NCBI GenBank assembly: GCA_002383495.1
Contig: DFZO01000001.1
Location: 4,374-68,373 of the forward strand
Length of the DNA: 64,000 nucleotides
Source: Syntrophaceae bacterium UBA4054
GTDB taxonomy: Bacteria; Desulfobacterota; Syntrophia; Syntrophales; UBA4778
Reading direction: 5' to 3'
Shown: piece after piece, positions 59,883-64,000 of the stretch
Numbering within the stretch: position 1 is the stretch's first letter
How the letters are laid out: each line of letters opens with the position of its first letter
Notes under the pieces: model-generated
Seen by the model: only the letters and a program-made list of their open reading frames with translations
Told to the model about the DNA's origin: nothing
Databases searched by the model: none
Program-made: the position numbers and the translations under genes

Positions 59883-60593
59883 TTATTTTAAAATATTCCT
59901 CACATCCACGGGATCCACTTTGACGCCTGGACCCATGGTCGTTGACAATGAAATGTTCTTAAGATACGTCCCTTTGCTCGATGCCGGCTTGAGCTTGATA
60001 ATCGTTTCAACCAGCGCCAGGAGATTCTCGGTCAGTTTTTCCGCACCGAAGGAAACCTTCCCCACCGGGCTGTGAACAATGCCGGCTTTTTCAACCCGGA
60101 ATTCCACCTTGCCAGCCTTGAGTTCTTTCACGGCCCTGCCCACATCAAAGGTCACCGTGCCGACCTTGGGGTTCGGCATGAGACCCCGGGGGCCGAGGAT
60201 CTTTCCCAGCTTACCCACGCTTCCCATCATGTCGGGTGTGGCGACGACCCGGTCGAAATCCAGCCAGCCTTCCTTGATTTTCTCGATGAGATCGTCCGAA
60301 CCGGTGAAGTCCGCCCCGGCATCCATGGCCTCTTTTTCCTTCTCCCCCTTGGCGAAAACCAGAACCCGCACGGTTTTCCCAAGCCCGTTCGGAAGGGCCA
60401 CGCTTCCTCTCACCATCTGATCGGCATGCTTGGGATTCACCCCGAGCCGGATGGCCGCGTCAACGGTCTCGTCAAATTTGGCTCTCGCCGTACCCACAAG
60501 GATGTCTACGGCCTCTTTCAGGGAATAACGTTTCCCCGCCTCAACCATCGTTTTCTTTTCTAAATAGCGTTTTCCACTCTTAGCCATCATCAC
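59883..60593 (-). CDS. rplA: 50S ribosomal protein L1
   Basis: 236 aa; the start may be MAKSGKRY at 60587. Confidence 0.97.
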   Translation of the reverse strand: MMMAKSGKRYLEKKTMVEAGKRYSLKEAVDILVGTARAKFDETVDAAIRLGVNPKHADQMVRGSVALPNGLGKTVRVLVFAKGEKEKEAMDAGADFTGSDDLIEKIKEGWLDFDRVVATPDMMGSVGKLGKILGPRGLMPNPKVGTVTFDVGRAVKELKAGKVEFRVEKAGIVHSPVGKVSFGAEKLTENLLALVETIIKLKPASSKGTYLKNISLSTTMGPGVKVDPVDVRNILK

Positions 60594-60607
60594 ACTCCAG
60601 ACTCATC

Positions 60608-61033
60608 CTAACCGGAAATTTCAATCCCCATGGATCTCGCCGTTCCCGCGATTATTCTTATGGCGGCCTCCAGATCCACGGCGTTTAAATCGTTCAATTT
60701 CAACTCGGCAATCTCTCTGACCTGTTTCGAGGTCACGGTGCCCACCTTCTCCCTTTTCGGGTCGCTTGCTCCCTTGGCGATCTTCGCCGCCTGCTTGAGC
60801 AGAACGGAGGCCGGCGGTGTCTTCGTCACGAAGGTGAAGGACCGGTCCGCGTAGACCGTGATCACGACCGGTATGATCGTCCCCTCCTGATTCTGCGTCA
60901 TGGCATTGTATGCCTTGCAGAATTCCATGATGTTGACTCCGTGCTGGCCCAAGGCCGGACCGATGGGAGGCGATGGTGTCGCTTTCCCCGCCTGGATCTG
61001 AAGTTTTATACCCGCTATAACCTTTTTTGCCAT
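60608..61033 (-). CDS. rplK: 50S ribosomal protein L11
   Basis: 141 aa with [19 protein letters not shown]. Confidence 0.98.
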   Translation of the reverse strand: MAKKVIAGIKLQIQAGKATPSPPIGPALGQHGVNIMEFCKAYNAMTQNQEGTIIPVVITVYADRSFTFVTKTPPASVLLKQAAKIAKGASDPKREKVGTVTSKQVREIAELKLNDLNAVDLEAAIRIIAGTARSMGIEISG

Positions 61034-61098
61034 AATGCAACCATCCTGAAGTTTTTCGTAAATCGTTTATCATTTCAAGCCGGACTGAACACCGCGGC

Positions 61099-61629
61099 TT
61101 AACCGTGAACCACCTGGATAAAATCCAGTTCCACCGGCGTGGATCTGCCAAAGATGCTCACGATGACCCTTAATTTTCCTTTCTCCGGCTTGACCTCATC
61201 CACGATCCCGTCGAAGTTCGTAAAGGGCCCGTCAATGATGCGCACGTGATCTCCCGTCTCGTACTTGAACTTCGGCTTGGGCTTCAAGGTTCCTTCATCA
61301 ATCCGGACCCGAAGCGCTTCCACTTCGGCATCAGAGATCGGCGATGCCTTGTCTTTGCTGCCGATGAAACCCGTCACTTTGGGTGTGTTCTTGACGATAT
61401 GCCAGGTGTCCTCATTCATTTCCATCTTGACAAGGATGTAACCCGGAAAAAATTTCCTCTTCGAGGTCTTTTTTTCTCCCTTCACGAGTTCCACGATGTC
61501 TTCTTCCGGCACCATGATGTCGGAAAAACTGTCCTTCATCCCTGAGGTCTCAATCCGCTCCTCAAGGGATCGCTTGACCTTGTTTTCGAATCCCGAATAG
61601 GTGTGAATGACGTACCACTTAAAAGCCAT
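61099..61629 (-). CDS. nusG: transcription termination/antitermination factor NusG
   Basis: 176 aa with [14 protein letters not shown] and a KOW domain. Confidence 0.97.
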   Translation of the reverse strand: MAFKWYVIHTYSGFENKVKRSLEERIETSGMKDSFSDIMVPEEDIVELVKGEKKTSKRKFFPGYILVKMEMNEDTWHIVKNTPKVTGFIGSKDKASPISDAEVEALRVRIDEGTLKPKPKFKYETGDHVRIIDGPFTNFDGIVDEVKPEKGKLRVIVSIFGRSTPVELDFIQVVHG

Positions 61630-61638
61630 GGGCCCTCT

Positions 61639-61842
61639 TTACCCCAATACCAATCGGACGAGTCTCGTAAGACCCATGTCGACAAGACCGAGAAATAAGG
61701 AAACAATGATGACCACGACGATCACAACCGAAGTGGAAGCCATAGCCGCCTTGGTTGTCGGCCAAGTGACTTTCTTGAGTTCGGATTTCACTTCTCTCAG
61801 GAACTGCTTGACCTGAAAGATAACCGCCTTGATTTTGTCCAT
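61639..61842 (-). CDS. secE: preprotein translocase subunit SecE
   Basis: 67 aa with ELKKVTWPT and a single TM. Confidence 0.93.
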   Translation of the reverse strand: MDKIKAVIFQVKQFLREVKSELKKVTWPTTKAAMASTSVVIVVVIIVSLFLGLVDMGLTRLVRLVLG

Positions 61843-61865
61843 TTTATTCGCCCTGTAAAAATAAA

Positions 61866-61942
61866 TGGCAGGCCAGGAGGGATTCGAACCCCCAGCATCC
61901 GGATTTGGAGTCCGGCGCTCTATCCGTTAGAGCTACTGGCCT
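61866..61942 (-). tRNA. tRNA-Trp (anticodon CCA)
   Basis: Hand-folded from AGGCCAGTAGCTC...CCGGACTCCAAATCCGG...GGTTCGAATCC...CTGGCCTGCCA. It has the cloverleaf and an encoded CCA. Confidence 0.9.
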
Positions 61943-61974
61943 GTTCCGTGAACGTTTCCGCCCCGGCAAAGAAA

Positions 61975-62124
61975 TCACTTTGTTTCTTTGTGGATCGTTT
62001 GGGCCCGGCAGAATTTACAGTACTTCTTCAATTCCAGGCGATCCTGCATGGTCCTTTTGTTTTTTGTCGTCGAGTAGTTTCTCTGCTTGCACTCCGTGCA
62101 GGCCAGCGTGATAATGCTTCTCAT
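61975..62124 (-). CDS. rpmG: 50S ribosomal protein L33
   Basis: My own translation gives [49 protein letters not shown], too short for the track. Confidence 0.93.
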   Translation of the reverse strand: MRSIITLACTECKQRNYSTTKNKRTMQDRLELKKYCKFCRAQTIHKETK

Positions 62125-62150
62125 GAATCTTGAACCCTGCTTTCACTTAG

Positions 62151-62226
62151 ATGGAGCCCACGACCAGGATTGAACTGGTGACCTCATCCTTACCAAGGAT
62201 GTGCTCTACCAACTGAGCTACGTGGG
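62151..62226 (-). tRNA. tRNA-Thr (anticodon GGU)
   Basis: GCCCACGTAGCTCAGTTGGTAGAGC...CATCCTTGGTAAGGATG...GGTTCAATCC...CGTGGGCTCCA. Confidence 0.9.
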
Positions 62227-62305
62227 CCGTTGATTCGTGCTGCCTGACCTTTTATCCTTCCGTCTCTGTCCTTTTCCCGTTTCGAATTCAGTTCACCGCG
62301 AAAAA

Positions 62306-62381
62306 TGGAGCGGGAAACGGGATTCGAACCCGCGACCCTCAGCTTGGAAGGCTGACGCTCTAGCCACTGAGCTACTCCCGC
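62306..62381 (-). tRNA. tRNA-Gly (anticodon UCC)
   Basis: GCGGGAGTAGCTCAGTGGCTAGAGC...TCAGCCTTCCAAGCTGA...GGTTCGAATCC...TTCCCGCTCCA. Confidence 0.9.
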
Positions 62382-62467
62382 CCGAAACAACTGTTTAGAG
62401 TTCGAAGTTTAGAGTCTAGAGTTCTTTAACTCTGGACACGGAACTCCGAACCCTGAACTGTTCCTTA

Positions 62468-62552
<85 letters not shown>

Positions 62553-62570
62553 ATTTTTCATAGCTTGAAC

Positions 62571-62646
62571 TGGAGCTGGCGATGGGACTCGAACCCGCAA
62601 CCGGCTGATTACAAATCAGCTGCTCTACCTGTTGAGCTACGCCAGC
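62571..62646 (-). tRNA. tRNA-Thr (anticodon UGU)
   Basis: GCTGGCGTAGCTCAACAGGTAGAGC...GCTGATTTGTAATCAGC...GGTTCGAGTCC...CGCCAGCTCCA. Confidence 0.9.
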
Positions 62647-62717
62647 AAAACAACTCCTCTTTTATACTTAAACTGAAACACAGCGAAAAAAAATGACATC
62701 TGAAAAAGGAACTTTCG

Positions 62718-62746
62718 AATTTAAAGTGATTATTTTTTTTTGTCAA
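62718..62746 (-). promoter_or_regulatory. candidate strong sigma70 promoter for the tRNA-rpmG-secE-nusG cluster
   Basis: The minus strand reads TTGACA (62741-62746), a 17-nt spacer, then TAAATT (62718-62723). An A/T-rich UP-like tract (AAAAAAATTGTTAAATAATTC) precedes it. It lies ~70 nt upstream of the first tRNA. Confidence 0.55.
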
Positions 62747-62788
62747 GAATTATTTAACAATTTTTTTGTCCATTTTCGGTGAGGCCGG

Positions 62789-64000
62789 TCACTTTTTCTC
62801 GCCAAAGATATCGGCCGTGAAGATGCAGATCCTGGTATTTTTATCCTTCCAGGCCTGAGAGGGGAGCCCCGCCTTGCGGCAGGTCTCCTCCAGAAATGTC
62901 ACCCTGTCCCATCCATACTGCGTCGCCACCTGGGGGAGCAGGAGTCCCGAGAAAAAACCCTTCGCCAGATAGATCCCGTGTGTCCCGACTTCTATCTCAT
63001 GGATATCCTTAATTTCCTTGAGAGGAGTCAGCACGGATATCTCAATATCGAGATCTTTCATCTCCTCCCGGTGAAGGGGCGAGAATCTCGGATCCTCGAA
63101 GGCCGCGGACTGTGCCATCTCCCGGACCGCCTTGAGAAGGGGTTTCCGACCCTCAATGCACCCGATGCAGCCTCTCAGTCTTCCTTTCTTATGGAGACTA
63201 ACAAAAACCCCTCTTTTTTCCTTCAGGGCAGCGGAGTCTCCTTCGTCCTCCGGGGTTTTCTTCCCCTGAAGGCGGTCCTCAATGGATTCTCTCGCAAGGG
63301 TGAGAAGCCTGGATTGCTCCTCTTCTGTGAGGCCTCTGTCCATCCCATCAGTTTTGTTGCTTTTTTTCGTATCTTCCATACCGCTCCGAAAAAAAACGGC
63401 GGCGGCGTATCCGACGACACCGCTTCGATCTCCCGTGACATCTCCGGAATTCGCGTACTTCAGGAGCCTTGCCCTGTCGGCCCCGAGCTTTCCCGCCGCC
63501 ATCATGACAACGGCCATGGGCCCTCCCCCACAGGCCTCGGATGACCCGTCCTCAAGGTCCCTGAAGAGACCGTCCACGTCCATTGCCTCCAGGTGCTTCA
63601 AGACCCTGGAATCCATTTTCTTCGCGCGGTCATAATCATGGAAATGAGAAAGATCCGAACTTCCTACCAGAAGCACCCTCTTCCTGCCGACGGATTCGAC
63701 GATTGCTCCGGCCAATTCTTCACAGGACCGCCGTCCCTGGTCTCCCATGACGATGGGCACGAATTTAAAAGAGCCGAGGGACACCTGAAGGAAGGGAAGC
63801 TGGATTTCAATGGAATGCTCCTGCGCGTGTCCTCCCGGGATATAAGAGATATTGTCACTCCGGGCCATGATTTCCCTGGCCAGATCCTCGTCTACGGGAA
63901 CGAGGCCCAGGGGCGTCTCGTATGCCCCCCTGTCGTAAACAGAGGCGCCACGGAAATGGGCCCGGTGACTCGGGGCGACAACAATCACGGAATCGAAAAC
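62789..64000 (-). CDS. fused Memo-like (AmmeMemoRadiSam system protein B) + AMMECR1 (protein A) protein, 5' end beyond the window
   Basis: The frame is open to the window end. The N-terminal part is Memo/dioxygenase-B-like (..HSIEIQLPFLQ..GSSDLSHF..). The C-terminal part is AMMECR1-like (RGVFVSLHKKGRLRGCIGCIEG...AFEDPRFSPL). Confidence 0.8.
   Translation of the reverse strand, partial: VFDSVIVVAPSHRAHFRGASVYDRGAYETPLGLVPVDEDLAREIMARSDNISYIPGGHAQEHSIEIQLPFLQVSLGSFKFVPIVMGDQGRRSCEELAGAIVESVGRKRVLLVGSSDLSHFHDYDRAKKMDSRVLKHLEAMDVDGLFRDLEDGSSEACGGGPMAVVMMAAGKLGADRARLLKYANSGDVTGDRSGVVGYAAAVFFRSGMEDTKKSNKTDGMDRGLTEEEQSRLLTLARESIEDRLQGKKTPEDEGDSAALKEKRGVFVSLHKKGRLRGCIGCIEGRKPLLKAVREMAQSAAFEDPRFSPLHREEMKDLDIEISVLTPLKEIKDIHEIEVGTHGIYLAKGFFSGLLLPQVATQYGWDRVTFLEETCRKAGLPSQAWKDKNTRICIFTADIFGEKK

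Overview
64-kb window from a diderm (Gram-negative) bacterium; LptD, TolC, chaperone-usher pili, SCPU subunits and a Memo/AMMECR1 gene suggest a Deltaproteobacteria/Desulfobacterota-like anaerobe, but that is inference only. From about 22.4 kb to 64 kb, all on the minus strand, is conserved housekeeping. It runs cysS, argC, rplM-rpsI, lptD, folC, then the alpha/spc/S10/str ribosomal operons with secY, map, infA, rpoA, tuf and fusA. After those come rpoBC, rplKAJL, nusG-secE, rpmG and five tRNAs, ending in a fused Memo-AMMECR1 gene cut by the window edge. The first ~21.4 kb is accessory and holds the interesting material. (i) A minus-strand RiPP-like cluster has a PqqD-family gene, a 96-aa Cys-free peptide gene and two tandem radical-SAM genes, the last cut by the window start. 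(ii) Divergent from it is a ~4.8-kb cassette bracketed by 40-nt direct repeats. It carries six tandem, strongly diverged paralogs for small Sec-signal proteins with 10-12 cysteines (four carry CxxCH). It also carries two genes for secreted proteins built from a repeated ~95-aa domain, plus decayed fragments of such genes. (iii) Immediately downstream is an exporter operon: TolC-like protein, a membrane-fusion protein with an unusual N-terminal cytoplasmic PAS domain, and a MacB-type ABC ATPase plus permease. (iv) Next come a frameshifted MFS gene and an RsbW-like ATPase-GNAT fusion. (v) An archaic (Csu/SCPU-type) chaperone-usher pilus operon has five small subunits. (vi) A secreted PLD/Nuc-type nuclease follows. 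The main hypothesis is that the Cys-rich family, the repeat-domain proteins and the PAS-MFP/MacB/TolC exporter form one undescribed secretion/effector module. In it, products would cross the inner membrane by Sec and leave the periplasm through the tripartite pump. I saw no CRISPR array, transposase, integrase or rRNA gene. All calls rest on reading the supplied ORF translations and the raw sequence; no database search was possible.
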